Below the pieces are notes generated by a model. It did not search any database. It had not been told where the DNA came from and saw nothing but the letters and a program-made list of their open reading frames with translations. A stretch of 64,000 bases of DNA from Candidatus Oxydemutatoraceae bacterium. GTDB lineage: Bacteria; Pseudomonadota; Gammaproteobacteria; Poriferisulfidales; Oxydemutatoraceae. The position numbers and the translations under genes are program-made. The stretch spans positions 256,001-320,000 of the forward strand of contig OZ244717.1 in the NCBI GenBank assembly GCA_965218975.1. Reading direction: 5' to 3'. The first letter of the stretch is position 1. Each line of letters opens with the position of its first letter. This document shows, piece after piece, positions 51,995-62,785 of this stretch.

Positions 51995-52047
51995 TGATAA
52001 AAAAAACCGTTGTCAGTTTTATCACCGGAGCTTTACCGTCGGATGTT

Positions 52048-52644
52048 TCATTGTAAAACATCCAAGTATGGCTGTAACTCCGACATTGTATCCCGCATAA
52101 CGTTTAAGACTGCTTTTGCGGTGACAGTTGCTCCGGTTAAATGGTTAAAATCTCCGTTTTCAAATTGGCCGCGCAAACGCCAAGCATTAGGTTCGGATTC
52201 TATGGATAGACCGATTAACCCCCTTAGCCAATCACTTTTGCGTCGTTCAATGCGATCGCCAAGTCCGGGTGTTTCGTGGTGTTCGATGACACGGACATTA
52301 GATATTTTGCCTTGCGCATCAATTCCCGCAAGGAGTCGAATATCGTCGTTATAGCCGTCGGGGGCGATTACTTCAATGACGACACCATGATAAACACCGG
52401 ATAAATTAATTGGGTAAATTGCTTGTAATCTTGCATTCGTATCAGGTTGATATGCAGTCGCTTGCCAAGCATGAGCTTCCGGCACCGCGTACGGTGCGAC
52501 CGAATTCAATATCCGGGTGAAGCGTATTTGCGCTTCGCGATCACGCTTTTCCGCAGTTATCTCTGCGATTGACATCAAAATACCGATTACTATCGCGGCA
52601 AAAATTGTCAGGCGAAGTGCAGGCTGTAGAAAGTTTCGTTTCAT
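52048..52644 (-). CDS. rnfG: Rnf/Rsx complex subunit G
   Basis: APDGY, HHETPGLGDRIE, TGATVT covalent FMN site. Confidence 0.92.
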   Translation of the reverse strand: MKRNFLQPALRLTIFAAIVIGILMSIAEITAEKRDREAQIRFTRILNSVAPYAVPEAHAWQATAYQPDTNARLQAIYPINLSGVYHGVVIEVIAPDGYNDDIRLLAGIDAQGKISNVRVIEHHETPGLGDRIERRKSDWLRGLIGLSIESEPNAWRLRGQFENGDFNHLTGATVTAKAVLNVMRDTMSELQPYLDVLQ

Positions 52645-53576
52645 TATGGTTTTGAATAGCGGTTTAGCAAGGGAGTGAGCATGTTCATTATTAGTACTGC
52701 AAATGCCAGACCGTCGATCGCGTTGCCGTAAGAGCGGAAAATAAGTAATAAAAATCCGACTCCCGCGCCAAAAATTATCATTGCGGATTTTGCTTTGGGC
52801 GCAGTTACCGGATCGGTGATGATGAAAAAAGCTCCGATCATAGTGGCGCCGTTTAACCAGTGAAAGATTGGTGTCGGATAATCGGTATCAACTAAATGCA
52901 ATAGCATAGAGCCGGCCCCGAGCGCAAAAAGAAATCCGACCGGCAAATACCATTGAATGATGCGTTGTTGCAATAACCATATACCACCGAGTAAAAAAGC
53001 GAGGTTGGGGAAAAGCCATTGCGATTTCGTCGTATCGGCGGTGATGGCAAGCTGAAATCGTGCGGCGCTAAGCGGGGTTGCACCGCTAATCACATCGGGG
53101 TGTCGCTCGCCGACTATGCAGCGTAGTGTAGCGGGCCAGTCAAACCGCATTGCCGGGTCTATGTTTTGCCAGTTGGCAATAAATAATGGAAAAGCGACAA
53201 TTACGATAGCATAACCGACCATCGCAGGATTAAAAATATTGTTGCCCAGCCCGCCATATAACTGCTTACCAATAATGATAGCGCCACCGGAAGCAATCGC
53301 TATCGTCCACCACGGAACACAGGGCGGCACTGCCAATGCAATCAGCCAAGCAGTGAGCAATGCGCTGTTGTCGCAAACGAACGGTCGGACAGCAGAATGG
53401 CGCAAACGCAGTAGCAAAGCTTCGCCGACGATTGCGATCGTTGCGGCAATGATCAGATTGACAACAACACCTAGTCCGAATTGCCAGACGAGTACTGCGG
53501 TTGCAGGCAGTAACGCGTAACAGACCTTTCGCATTAACACCGCGACAGTGAGATTTTGGTGTAGCGGCGCAAACAT
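52644..53576 (-). CDS. rnfD: Rnf/Rsx complex subunit D
   Basis: KQLYGGLGNNIFNPAM, SGATPL, AFFIITDPVT. Confidence 0.92.
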   Translation of the reverse strand: MFAPLHQNLTVAVLMRKVCYALLPATAVLVWQFGLGVVVNLIIAATIAIVGEALLLRLRHSAVRPFVCDNSALLTAWLIALAVPPCVPWWTIAIASGGAIIIGKQLYGGLGNNIFNPAMVGYAIVIVAFPLFIANWQNIDPAMRFDWPATLRCIVGERHPDVISGATPLSAARFQLAITADTTKSQWLFPNLAFLLGGIWLLQQRIIQWYLPVGFLFALGAGSMLLHLVDTDYPTPIFHWLNGATMIGAFFIITDPVTAPKAKSAMIIFGAGVGFLLLIFRSYGNAIDGLAFAVLIMNMLTPLLNRYSKP

Positions 53577-53583
53577 TGCAGGC

Positions 53584-54489
53584 TCAGCAGCGATCGGATC
53601 GGTATAATTGCATTTTCAAAGAGTTGCGCTGCTTGTTCCAGAACTCCTGCTGCTTTGTTTCTTGATCTTTCTGACGCTTTTGTTTGTTTTCATAACGCTC
53701 CCGATTGTACCGAGCTTGTTTTCTGGCGTTGTGTTGATAATTATGTAAGCGTTTCCCGAATTGATAATAACCGAGTAAGGGAATATGGCTTGGACAACTG
53801 GCCTCGCACAAACCACATTCAATACACTGGGTGACGAGCTCAAGGGAATCGGTATCGCATTGATTGCCTTGTTTAATTTTGTGATAAAGGGTTTGTGCGG
53901 GTAACCGCACCGGGCAAACCGTGCTGCAACGGTTGCACCGGATACAGGGAAGTGCGGTGGTATCGGATGTTATTTGTAATATCGGCACGGGGGGATGTGT
54001 CGGCACCGGAACCATTTGAATGCAATCAACCGGACAAGGTGCGACACACAGTTCGCAACCTGTACAATCAGCATTGATTACGGTATGCATATAATCAGGC
54101 GCGCCAATGATCGCATCCACCGGACATGCCGGTAAACAGAGTGCACATCCGATACACTTCGCTTCATTGATTACCGCAAGCTGTGCGGGTTTTTCAGTAC
54201 CGAATCGCGAATCCGGCGGCGTAACCGGATTATTGAGCAACTTGGCAAGCGATGTAATGACTATTGTGCCGCCGGGAGGGCATTGGTTGATTTCGGCCTC
54301 GCCTTTAACGATTGCTTGAGCGTATGGCCGGCAACCGGCATACCCGCATTGGCCGCACTGCATTCCCGGTAAAGCAAGGTTTATCCGATCAACCAAACTA
54401 TCGCGATCGGAATCAAGTCGTTGAGCGATAAAACTCAATCCGAGACCGATAATCAAAATCAGTCCGATAATGATACTAAAGCCAAGCAT
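53584..54489 (-). CDS. rnfB: RnfB fused to the C-terminal ferredoxin/coiled-coil part of RnfC
   Basis: LPGMQCGQCGYAGC..CPPGG and two CxxCxxCxxxCP (RnfB), then PCIRCNRCSTVCPVRL and CIECGLCEASCPSHIPLLGYY plus ARYNRERYE coil (RnfC tail). Confidence 0.85.
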   Translation of the reverse strand: MLGFSIIIGLILIIGLGLSFIAQRLDSDRDSLVDRINLALPGMQCGQCGYAGCRPYAQAIVKGEAEINQCPPGGTIVITSLAKLLNNPVTPPDSRFGTEKPAQLAVINEAKCIGCALCLPACPVDAIIGAPDYMHTVINADCTGCELCVAPCPVDCIQMVPVPTHPPVPILQITSDTTALPCIRCNRCSTVCPVRLPAQTLYHKIKQGNQCDTDSLELVTQCIECGLCEASCPSHIPLLGYYQFGKRLHNYQHNARKQARYNRERYENKQKRQKDQETKQQEFWNKQRNSLKMQLYRSDRC

Positions 54490-54492
54490 CTG

Positions 54493-55074
54493 TTAGCGGG
54501 CAGCAAGCCCTTCAAATCCGATGAAAGCAAGCGACATAATGCCGGCGGTGATCATCGCAATTCCAGTGCCACGCAAAGGCACGGGTACCGCAGAATCTTC
54601 CAGTGTATGGCGTAGCTCGGAAAAAACAACCAATACAAAAGCGAAACCGATTGCGCTGCCTAAACCGGTTAAAAGCGCTTCGATAAAATTTTCAGCTTGT
54701 TCGATATTGATCAATGCGACACCTAAGACTGCACAGTTGGTAGTAATCAGCGGAAGAAAAATCCCCAGCATACTATGTAACAAAGGATTGGTTGCGCGCA
54801 AAATAATTTCGGTGAGTTGAACAAAGGATGCAATAACAACAATGAAAGTCAGCGCTTTCAAATAGGTAAGTTCAAAAGGGATTAACAAGTAACGGTGCAA
54901 TAAATAGCTGATTCCTGCGCTGGCGGTTAGTACAAACATTGTCGCCAAAGCCATGCCTGCCGCAGTTTCAATCCTTTGTGACGTGCCGAAGAAAGGACAT
55001 AAACCCAAAAACTTTGTTAACACAAGATTGTTGATGAGAGCGGTGCCAATTAGGATGAGCAGATAATCAGACAT
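54493..55074 (-). CDS. rnfA: Rnf/Rsx complex subunit A
   Basis: NNLVLTKFLGLCPFFG, GIFLPLITTNCAVLG; start MSDY at 55074. Confidence 0.94.
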   Translation of the reverse strand: MSDYLLILIGTALINNLVLTKFLGLCPFFGTSQRIETAAGMALATMFVLTASAGISYLLHRYLLIPFELTYLKALTFIVVIASFVQLTEIILRATNPLLHSMLGIFLPLITTNCAVLGVALINIEQAENFIEALLTGLGSAIGFAFVLVVFSELRHTLEDSAVPVPLRGTGIAMITAGIMSLAFIGFEGLAAR

Positions 55075-55275
55075 GTTACAAACGGAAAAATTGTTTATTT
55101 GCTTATTATACAGACGCTCGGTATTCATTTACTCTTGAGCAATCGAAGAAGTATTTCTTAATCTCGCCTAATTCCACAATATTATATATCTTATATAAAG
55201 ATAATATTTATAATTACATATATTAAAAATACATAAACATGGATTTTTAATAAAAACTGAAAAAGGAGGCCGAAT

Positions 55276-56086
55276 ATGCGGCAGATCATTTCCACAGCAT
55301 TAATTTCATGTATGTTTTTTACCGGTGCGACTACTGCACAGACAGAGACATTTGATGAGGAAAACTTCAGCGCCACCGTATGGTTTACGAGTGATTATGT
55401 TTTCCGCGGCGCTTCGCTATCCGACGAAGACGCGGCAGTTCAAGCGAGTCTGGATTGGACCTATCACAATTTTTATGCGGGTATTTAGGGAACAAATCCG
55501 GATTTGACCGGGTTCGACGAAAACGGCGCTGAAAACGGAACTTCCAGCATTGAATATGACTTGTATGTCGGCTATGCCGATTCGCTAGGTCCGATTGATT
55601 ATGACTTTTCTTTGGTTTACTACTGGTTCCCGAATGATAACGGCAACTTGGAAGCGGATGTCTTAGAGTTCTGGGTGGGGCTGAGTCATACATTTGCGGA
55701 AGTGAAACTATCTCCGACGATCGGTCTATTAACTGTCTATTCACCTGATGCGACACTTGAAGATGGCGATTATATTTATGTTAAAAGCTCGCTGGAATTA
55801 GTATTAACAGAGACAATCGGATTTGATTTTGCCGCTGGGGTTGTCGATGTAAAAGGTGACAAAGCTACGGATGAAGGTGGTGCGTTTTGTAATTCCGCTG
55901 CGGATTTGCTGTGCGATGGTTATGGTTATACGCACTGGGAATTAGGTTTGACCAAAACGGCAAAAGGTTTTGATTTCGACCTGGCGTTACCACGATACCA
56001 ATCAACAAGCGAGTTATACGGCATTTTGGAGAGGTGATGACCCCATAAGCGACCGTGTTGTTTTTACCGTTTCACGTAGTTTCTGA
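55276..56086 (+). pseudogene. TorF-like putative porin, disrupted
   Basis: SDYVFRG, FYAGI*GTN (TAG where TGG expected, 55486-55488), EYDLYVGY; +1 frameshift near 55984 hides RYHDT...VFTVSRSF* ending in Phe. Confidence 0.78.
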
Positions 56087-56095
56087 TGCGAGCAA

Positions 56096-58120
56096 TTATT
56101 TAATTGTCATGCCGGCGACGGCACCTGCGTCAGGTTTTAGCAGGAATATTTTGTCCTTGCCTGCGGCAAGGATCATTCCTTCCGATATGCCAAACCGCAT
56201 CTTTTTCGGTTTCAGATTGGCAACCAACACGACCTGCCGTCCGGTAAGCTGTTCGGGAGTATATGAAGATTTAATGCCAGCCAATACGCTACGGGTCGTA
56301 TCGCCGTCGTTTAATTTTAAGCGCAAGAGTTTATCCGCACCGTCAACCGGTTCCGCTGTTAGAATAGTTGCGACTCGTAGATCTAGTTTGGCAAAATCGG
56401 CATAATCAATCATCGGTTTTTTCTCCTGCGCTATTTTAAGCGCGTCGGATTCGGATTTTGGTACTGTGGTTAACTTTCGAACGACAGTTTCCTCAATACG
56501 TTGCATCAATGGCATAAACGGTTTAATCCGATGACGAGTGGTTTGCGGTCGAAATAACGGCGCGTCCCAGCGGTTCAGCTTCAGATTTAAGAATTGCTCA
56601 ACTTTTTCACTGGTACGTGGCAAGACCGGGGCGAGTAATCGGATGATGTAAGCGAATAGGACCAATCCCACGCTACATACTTCGTTCAGGTGATTGTGTT
56701 GTGTTTCTTCTTTGGCAATTCGCCACGGCTTTTCTTGATCGATATACTGATTCGCCATATCCGCAATCTGCATAATCTTGCGCATTGCGCAGGCATACCG
56801 ACGTGTTTCATACGCATCGGCAATGCTGGGCGTGATATCAATTACGGCTTGAACAGCCGGATGTTTGGTAACGGCCTCGTCGCATCTCATTTCACCGCCA
56901 AAATACTTATCAATAAAACCGGCGCAACGACCGGCAATGTTGATAACTTTGCCGACCAGATTGCTATTGATGCGCAGGATGAAGTCATGCAAATTCAAAT
57001 CGATATCTTCGATTCCGTCCGTTAACTTAGCGGCAAAGTAGTAGCGCAAATATTCGGCATTGAGGTTTTCCAAATAGTTACGTGCGGTAATAAAAGTACC
57101 GCGCGATTTAGACATCTTTTCTTTATTGATAGTAACAAATCCGTGGCAATAGACTCCGGTCGGCTTTCTAAAACCCGCACCCTCCAGAATCGCCGGCCAA
57201 AACAGCATGTGGAAATAAGCGATGTCCTTGCCTATAAAGTGATACAGTTCGGTGGCACTGTCTTTTTTCCAGTAGGAATCGAAGTTCAGCCCAATACGCT
57301 TGCACAATTGTTTGAAACTCGCCATATAGCCGATCGGAGCATCCAACCAGACATAGAAATATTTTTTCGGATGATCGGGAATTTTAAAGCCGAAGTAAGG
57401 CGCATCGCGCGATATGTCCCAGTCAAGCAGCTTGTTTTCAAACCATTCATTCAGTTTGTTGCGTATTTCCGGTTGGACTTGTTCGTTGGCGAGCCATTGT
57501 TTCAAAGCCGACTCAAATTTCGATAATGAAAAAAAATAATGCTCGGATTCGCGGGTGCTAGGTGGTTCCCCGGAAAGTACCGATACTGCATTATTCAGCT
57601 CGGTCGGGGTATATGTCGCGCCGCAACATTCGCAACAATCACCGTATTGATCGGGTGCGTGACAGCGAGGGCAGTCGCCTTTGATGAAACGATCGGGTAA
57701 AAACATTTCGGCTTTGTTATCGTATGCTTGAGTAATATTGCGGGTGAATATGAGGTCGGCCGCTTTTAGTTTTTCGTAGATTTCTTTGGCAAAAGCGTAG
57801 TTTTCTTCGGAATGTGTCGAATGATAATTATCAAAGCTGATTAGGAAATCAGAAAAGTCTTTTGTGTGGCTTCGTTTGACTTTCTCAATGAGCTGTTCGG
57901 CCGTTATATTCAGTTCACGCGCTTTTAGCATAATCGGAGTGCCGTGCGCATCGTCGGCGCAAACATAGTAGCAAGTATGTCCTAGCAGTCGTTGAAAGCG
58001 TACCCAGATATCGGTTTGGATATATTCCAGCAAATGCCCTAAGTGAATCGGGCCGTTAGCGTAAGGCAGTGCGCTCGTAACAAGAATTTCGCGTTTCACT
58101 TGTTTTGCCGGAAGTACCAA
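56096..58120 (-). CDS. metG: Methionyl-tRNA synthetase
   Basis: [13 protein letters not shown], Zn knuckle, [16 protein letters not shown]-terminal tRNA-binding domain. Confidence 0.97.
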   Translation of the reverse strand: MVLPAKQVKREILVTSALPYANGPIHLGHLLEYIQTDIWVRFQRLLGHTCYYVCADDAHGTPIMLKARELNITAEQLIEKVKRSHTKDFSDFLISFDNYHSTHSEENYAFAKEIYEKLKAADLIFTRNITQAYDNKAEMFLPDRFIKGDCPRCHAPDQYGDCCECCGATYTPTELNNAVSVLSGEPPSTRESEHYFFSLSKFESALKQWLANEQVQPEIRNKLNEWFENKLLDWDISRDAPYFGFKIPDHPKKYFYVWLDAPIGYMASFKQLCKRIGLNFDSYWKKDSATELYHFIGKDIAYFHMLFWPAILEGAGFRKPTGVYCHGFVTINKEKMSKSRGTFITARNYLENLNAEYLRYYFAAKLTDGIEDIDLNLHDFILRINSNLVGKVINIAGRCAGFIDKYFGGEMRCDEAVTKHPAVQAVIDITPSIADAYETRRYACAMRKIMQIADMANQYIDQEKPWRIAKEETQHNHLNEVCSVGLVLFAYIIRLLAPVLPRTSEKVEQFLNLKLNRWDAPLFRPQTTRHRIKPFMPLMQRIEETVVRKLTTVPKSESDALKIAQEKKPMIDYADFAKLDLRVATILTAEPVDGADKLLRLKLNDGDTTRSVLAGIKSSYTPEQLTGRQVVLVANLKPKKMRFGISEGMILAAGKDKIFLLKPDAGAVAGMTIK

Positions 58121-58167
58121 AATATCATGGATAGTGAACTGCCATTATATATTTATGGGACGGTAAT

Positions 58168-59307
58168 ATGCTTAAAACTATGAATAAGCTTCCGGAAAAG
58201 GCGCGGCAACGTTTGGATTTCTTGTTCCATACATTGCGAGAAAATGAAGCCTCCCAAGTCGGTTATCCCTGTAATCAGACGTTTGTATATAAGGATCTGA
58301 TGAGATTTTTTGAATATTGTCTGAATAATGTGGGAGATCCTTTTCATAACAGTAACTACTGGAGCAATACGCATGAAATTGAATGCGAAGTGATTTATGA
58401 GTTTGCTCGGTTAATGCATTCGGAAGAAAAGGAATGTTGGGGTTATGTGACATCCGGGGGCACTGAAGGCAATATGTATGGCCTATATCTGGCACGTGAG
58501 TTACATCCGAACGGGTTAGTTTATTTTTCCGAAGATACTCATTATAGCGTCCTGAAAAATATGCATGTGTTGAATACTCGAAATATCATGATAAAGAGTC
58601 AGGGGAATGGTGAAATAGATTACGAAGACCTATATGAGACTGTACGGATTCATCGTGATGTGCCGGCCATTGTATTGGCAAATATCGGCACGACCATGAA
58701 AGGAGCGATTGATGATGTGGCTAAAGTGCGGAGTATCTTTGCGGATTTAGCGGTGACCAATTTTTATATTCATGCCGATGCGGCGTTGTACGGGATGATT
58801 TTGCCTTTTATTGACAACCCGCCGCCGTACGGTTTTGATGCCGGTTATGATAGTGTTTCAATTAGCGGGCACAAATTGATTGGTGCGCCGTTTCCCTGCG
58901 GCATCGTGCTGGCGAAGCAAGATTATGTCATGCGTGTTGCCCGCGCCATCGAATATGTCGGTGTGTTGGACACGACCCTATCAGGTTCGCGCAATGGGGT
59001 AGCGCCGCTAATGCTTTGGTACGCGTTGCAGAATTATGGCAGATCAGGGTTTCAAAAAACGGTTCATGAGATGTTGGCAAATGCAGAATATGCGGTCAAT
59101 CGTTTCAATGAGCACGGTGTGCCGGCTTGGCGCAATCCTAATTCTCCGATTGCCGTCTTTCCGAGACCTGATGAAGAAATGTTGCAAAAATGGCAGATAG
59201 CCGTATATAAGGACATCGGACATTTAATTACGATGCCGCATGTGACATGCGAGATCATTGATCGCGTCGTCGGCGATTATGTGGCGGGAGAAAATAGCCG
59301 GAAATGA
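58168..59307 (+). CDS. hdc: PLP-dependent histidine decarboxylase family (group II)
   Basis: NNVGDPF, WGYVTSGGTEGNMYG, YIHADAAL, SISGHKLIGAPFPCG, TLSGSRNG, ITMPH. Confidence 0.8.
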   Translation: MLKTMNKLPEKARQRLDFLFHTLRENEASQVGYPCNQTFVYKDLMRFFEYCLNNVGDPFHNSNYWSNTHEIECEVIYEFARLMHSEEKECWGYVTSGGTEGNMYGLYLARELHPNGLVYFSEDTHYSVLKNMHVLNTRNIMIKSQGNGEIDYEDLYETVRIHRDVPAIVLANIGTTMKGAIDDVAKVRSIFADLAVTNFYIHADAALYGMILPFIDNPPPYGFDAGYDSVSISGHKLIGAPFPCGIVLAKQDYVMRVARAIEYVGVLDTTLSGSRNGVAPLMLWYALQNYGRSGFQKTVHEMLANAEYAVNRFNEHGVPAWRNPNSPIAVFPRPDEEMLQKWQIAVYKDIGHLITMPHVTCEIIDRVVGDYVAGENSRK

Positions 59308-59696
59308 AGCGAATTACTATCATAGCGGATAACCGGGCGGGCATGCTTGCCGACATTAGCAGTGTGTTGGCAGATAACGATATTAATATTGATGGGCTGG
59401 ATGCCGAATCGGCGGATGAATACGGTGTGATTCATTTGGCGACCGACTACTGCGATCAGGCGCTACAAGTGTTAAAGACTGCCGGATTTCAAGCAGTAAC
59501 GGATGATACATTGGTTATCCGGCTTAAAGACGAGCCCGGCGCTTTGGCAAAGGTTGCCAAACGTTTCAAGCTCAGTAGAGTCAACATCCGCAGTATCCAC
59601 ATTATCCGGCGCGACAAGGGCTACTCCACCGTGGTCTTGACGGTAGATGAGCGCGAGCAAGCTCAAGAGTTACTTGAAGATGTACTAATTACTTAA
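59304..59696 (+). CDS. Tandem ACT-domain protein
   Basis: DNRAGMLADISSVLADNDINI and DEPGALAKVAKRF..VNI; ATGA overlap with hdc. Confidence 0.85.
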   Translation: MKRITIIADNRAGMLADISSVLADNDINIDGLDAESADEYGVIHLATDYCDQALQVLKTAGFQAVTDDTLVIRLKDEPGALAKVAKRFKLSRVNIRSIHIIRRDKGYSTVVLTVDEREQAQELLEDVLIT

Positions 59697-59737
59697 TCAA
59701 GTGTCGGTGCGCGAGCCAAAATGGCGGTGACGTGTGG

Positions 59738-59756
59738 TGTATAGTGCCGGATACAT
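59738..59756 (+). mobile_element. Short IS481-like left end
   Basis: TGTATAGTGCCGGATACAT, identical to the first 19 bp of the end at 36746. Confidence 0.6.
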
Positions 59757-60000
59757 GCTAATATAAATGCCTAACTGGTAAAAGGAACTGATTGCGCTGA
59801 TATTGCGTGCCGGTCCCATTTTTATTGATATCCAAGAATCCGGTATGGTTTTTGGATATACACATTTTGGATATACACATCAGTAACATATATAATCCGC
59901 CCGCATATCGGTTTGATTATTTTTCTATCTCTATGAGTTCCTGTATTGCGTCCATGTCTTACTACCGGGTACCAGATGCCGACTAGTAGCAGAACCGGGC

Positions 60001-61368
60001 GTGCCCGTAAGGCAGCATAGCGTGTTTTCTGTTCGCCGCGCAATCCACTACCTCGGCATCGCCGTCCTGCTGCTGTTCGGGTTTTATCTGCTGCACTATC
60101 TGGGTAACCAACTGCCGCAGCAGCGCGCTTTTGAGGTGGTGCGAGAGGCGTTTGAGACACATAACCTGAAGCCTAAGGCTGTTATGCCCGAGCACTCGAA
60201 GTCAATCCGAAGCCTGATCGGCATAAACCTGTTTGCGGATTGCGAGATGCTCAACAGTATGATTGCCGCGCCTTCCGGACGCATTGAGGATGCGATCGTT
60301 CCCAAGCGCTTGTTTGCGAAGCGCGGACATGAGAGAGGCGGCCCCTGCGGGGAGTTGCATCGCATCGTCATGCAGGAACAAAAACACTATACCTGGCACA
60401 TGAAGTCGCGCTACCGGCACGGCGCCAAGGCGCTTATCGCAATCGCGTTGCGCTGGCAGGCGTTGGACCTGTTTCAGATCAATGCCGGCATCAAAGCTCT
60501 GACGTACTTCGCGTATCTGTTGCTTGCACTGGTTGCTCTGGCGCACTCGACCCGCCTATTGCTGATATTGAGCCCGTTGATCTTCCTGGGCTTTTTCTTT
60601 TCGGGTATTCCGTACTACGGAGGATTTGCCCGTTCGCTGCCCTACCTGTTTGCGCTCGCAGCCTTGATCGCATTGGTACTACTGCTGCGCGCCCAAGCCC
60701 GCCCGCACACCGTGAGGCTGTTTTTCTTTGCTACGGGCATGGTCTCGGCTTATCTGTTTTTGTTGTCGGGGCATCTGCTGTTGCTGTTGCCGGCGGCGGT
60801 AGTGATCTTGTACTTCGGGCGCACAGGCGTTCCTGAGCTCCGCCGCCGGCTGATTGATGTCGCCTGCTGCATGGGGTCGTTTGCAGCCGGATTTGTCTGT
60901 TCCTACGGTGCCGACCAGCTTGCCAAAGCCTACTATCTCGGTATGCACATGCTGTATCGCGCCGGTGATCAGCTGGCCTGGCGCATGAGCGACGGTCGGT
61001 CGGATGGTGTGTTACATACGCTGAATGTACTATTTCAGCACGCTTATCAAACCGTCGGCCTGATGGGCAACGAAACCCTGTACGCCCTGATCGTGTTCGC
61101 CTCATCCGCAGCGCTGATTACGGCGGTCATCGTCGGCACGCTCAGAGCGTATGGCGCAAAAAGCATCGCGGCCGCGGCCGGCGTCATCGTGATACTGGCG
61201 GCAATAGCAATGGTGCTTGTGCGTCTGGGTCTGTTCCCGCAGCATAGTATGCAGCACAATCTTCTCATCGGACGCTACATGTTCGTGCCGATCGCATTGG
61301 CATGGTCGGCGCTGATCGTCGCGCTGTGCGAAACGGACCGGTACCGGTTGCGAATACGTGGCGGTTGA
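60001..61368 (+). CDS. Polytopic membrane protein, GtrC / GT-C-like by context
   Basis: One TM, periplasmic loop (SRYRHG), then many TMs; upstream of GT2 and GtrA; GC-rich. Confidence 0.55.
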   Translation: MPVRQHSVFSVRRAIHYLGIAVLLLFGFYLLHYLGNQLPQQRAFEVVREAFETHNLKPKAVMPEHSKSIRSLIGINLFADCEMLNSMIAAPSGRIEDAIVPKRLFAKRGHERGGPCGELHRIVMQEQKHYTWHMKSRYRHGAKALIAIALRWQALDLFQINAGIKALTYFAYLLLALVALAHSTRLLLILSPLIFLGFFFSGIPYYGGFARSLPYLFALAALIALVLLLRAQARPHTVRLFFFATGMVSAYLFLLSGHLLLLLPAAVVILYFGRTGVPELRRRLIDVACCMGSFAAGFVCSYGADQLAKAYYLGMHMLYRAGDQLAWRMSDGRSDGVLHTLNVLFQHAYQTVGLMGNETLYALIVFASSAALITAVIVGTLRAYGAKSIAAAAGVIVILAAIAMVLVRLGLFPQHSMQHNLLIGRYMFVPIALAWSALIVALCETDRYRLRIRGG

Positions 61369-62323
61369 AGAACACAGCATAATATCCCAGCCAACCCCGC
61401 AGAACGGGACACACCTTCCCTACGACTCACTGCTGGTTATCATTCCGGCTTTTAACGAGGAGAAATCTGTCCCGCAGGTGGTGGCACGGGTTCGCCGGTG
61501 TGCCGGACGATTGTCTGGGCTCGGTCTTCGTCTTCAAGTCTGCGTGATTAACGACGGCTCTACCGACAACACCGGGGCGGTAGCCAGACAGGCAGGAGCC
61601 GATCACATCCTCACCCACAAGCTTAACCGGGGTTTGGGGGCAGCAGTGCGCAGCGGCCTGATCTACGGGCGCAATCACGGATTTAGCATAGTCGTCAAGC
61701 TGGATGCCGATGCTCAGCATGATCCGTCGGACATACCTGCGCTGATTACCCCAATCCTCAATGATCAGGCCGATGTCGTCTACGGCAACCGATTCCCGCA
61801 GCTGAATTACCGGATGCCTTTTATTCGACGTGTGGGAAATACAGCCTTCCGATTGCTTATGCGATGGTTGACGTCTTGGGACATTGAGGATTCGCAACCA
61901 GGAATTTTTGCTGTAAGCGATGCCTATCTGAAGGTTTTTTTCATCCCGGGCGACTACAACTATACTCAACAAATCCTACTTGACTCCTACCACAAAGGAA
62001 TGCGGTTTGACCAAGTTCCGGTTGGCTTCAAACAAAGACGGGCCGGCAGCTCATTCATTTCACTCAGGTATCCATTAGTAACATTACCGCAGATACTGCT
62101 GTTGTTACTGCTGATTAAGCCTCTGAGAATTTTTCTGCCGGTTGCAGCGTTTTTCATTATCGCTGCCATCACTTTGTTTGGCGTTGAATTCGCCATGTGG
62201 TTATCGGGCAACGCAGAGAAACCGGTTGAGCATGTTAACTTAGTGCTGGGACTGGCAGTTTTTGGCCTGAATACCGGTTACTTCGGGTTGCTGGCCGAGG
62301 TGATTGTGCGCCGCAAGCCATAA
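61358..62323 (+). CDS. GT2 polyprenol-phosphate glycosyltransferase (GtrB/DPM-like)
   Basis: IIPAFNEE, INDGSTD, NRGLGAA, LDADAQHDP, GNRF, two C-terminal TMs. Confidence 0.88.
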   Translation: MAVEEHSIISQPTPQNGTHLPYDSLLVIIPAFNEEKSVPQVVARVRRCAGRLSGLGLRLQVCVINDGSTDNTGAVARQAGADHILTHKLNRGLGAAVRSGLIYGRNHGFSIVVKLDADAQHDPSDIPALITPILNDQADVVYGNRFPQLNYRMPFIRRVGNTAFRLLMRWLTSWDIEDSQPGIFAVSDAYLKVFFIPGDYNYTQQILLDSYHKGMRFDQVPVGFKQRRAGSSFISLRYPLVTLPQILLLLLLIKPLRIFLPVAAFFIIAAITLFGVEFAMWLSGNAEKPVEHVNLVLGLAVFGLNTGYFGLLAEVIVRRKP

Positions 62324-62326
62324 TCA

Positions 62327-62695
62327 ATGCTTGACCAGGTCGGGCGTTACGTTCTCACCGGAATAGCCGGACTTGCGGTAAGCCTCGGAGTAACGGCACT
62401 GATGCACGAGGTTGCGGGTTTTTCCGTCGGAGCATCATTTGCTGCCGCCCTGGTTGTAGTTTTTATATTCCACTTTGTCGCAAACGTGCGTTTTGTGTTC
62501 CGCTCCGGCGCGGGCAGCCGTGCTTTTTTGCGCTATACAGGTTCTGCACTGGCATTTCGAGCGCTCGACTTCCTGTTGTTCAAGGGCATTATGGAATTGA
62601 CGTCACTCTACTATGTTGGAGTCGTGTTGGCCGTTAGTGTCTCTAATGCCGTCAAGTTTCTGGTCTATAAGTACTTAGTCTTTATCGGGCGTTAA
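62327..62695 (+). CDS. GtrA-family flippase-like protein
   Basis: 122 aa with four TMs; RYVLTG, RFVF, KFLVYKYLVF. Confidence 0.8.
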   Translation: MLDQVGRYVLTGIAGLAVSLGVTALMHEVAGFSVGASFAAALVVVFIFHFVANVRFVFRSGAGSRAFLRYTGSALAFRALDFLLFKGIMELTSLYYVGVVLAVSVSNAVKFLVYKYLVFIGR

Positions 62696-62785
62696 CACTT
62701 GAACGAGCCAATACATTCCGCGCCTTTATACGGTCGGCGTTCGTGCCGCTTCATGCGGCCGGAAACACTCGTCGCCAAACGTATT

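Noticed and set aside
55486-55488. Pyrrolysine or amber readthrough in the porin
   Set aside because: Position corresponds to Trp, a second frameshift is present and no pyl genes are seen
59850-59879. 15-bp tandem duplication TTTTGGATATACACA
   Set aside because: Only two copies; no evidence of function
744-62211. Many short ORFs antisense to or overlapping long genes in the ORF track
   Set aside because: Shadow frames of well-supported genes with no motifs of their own
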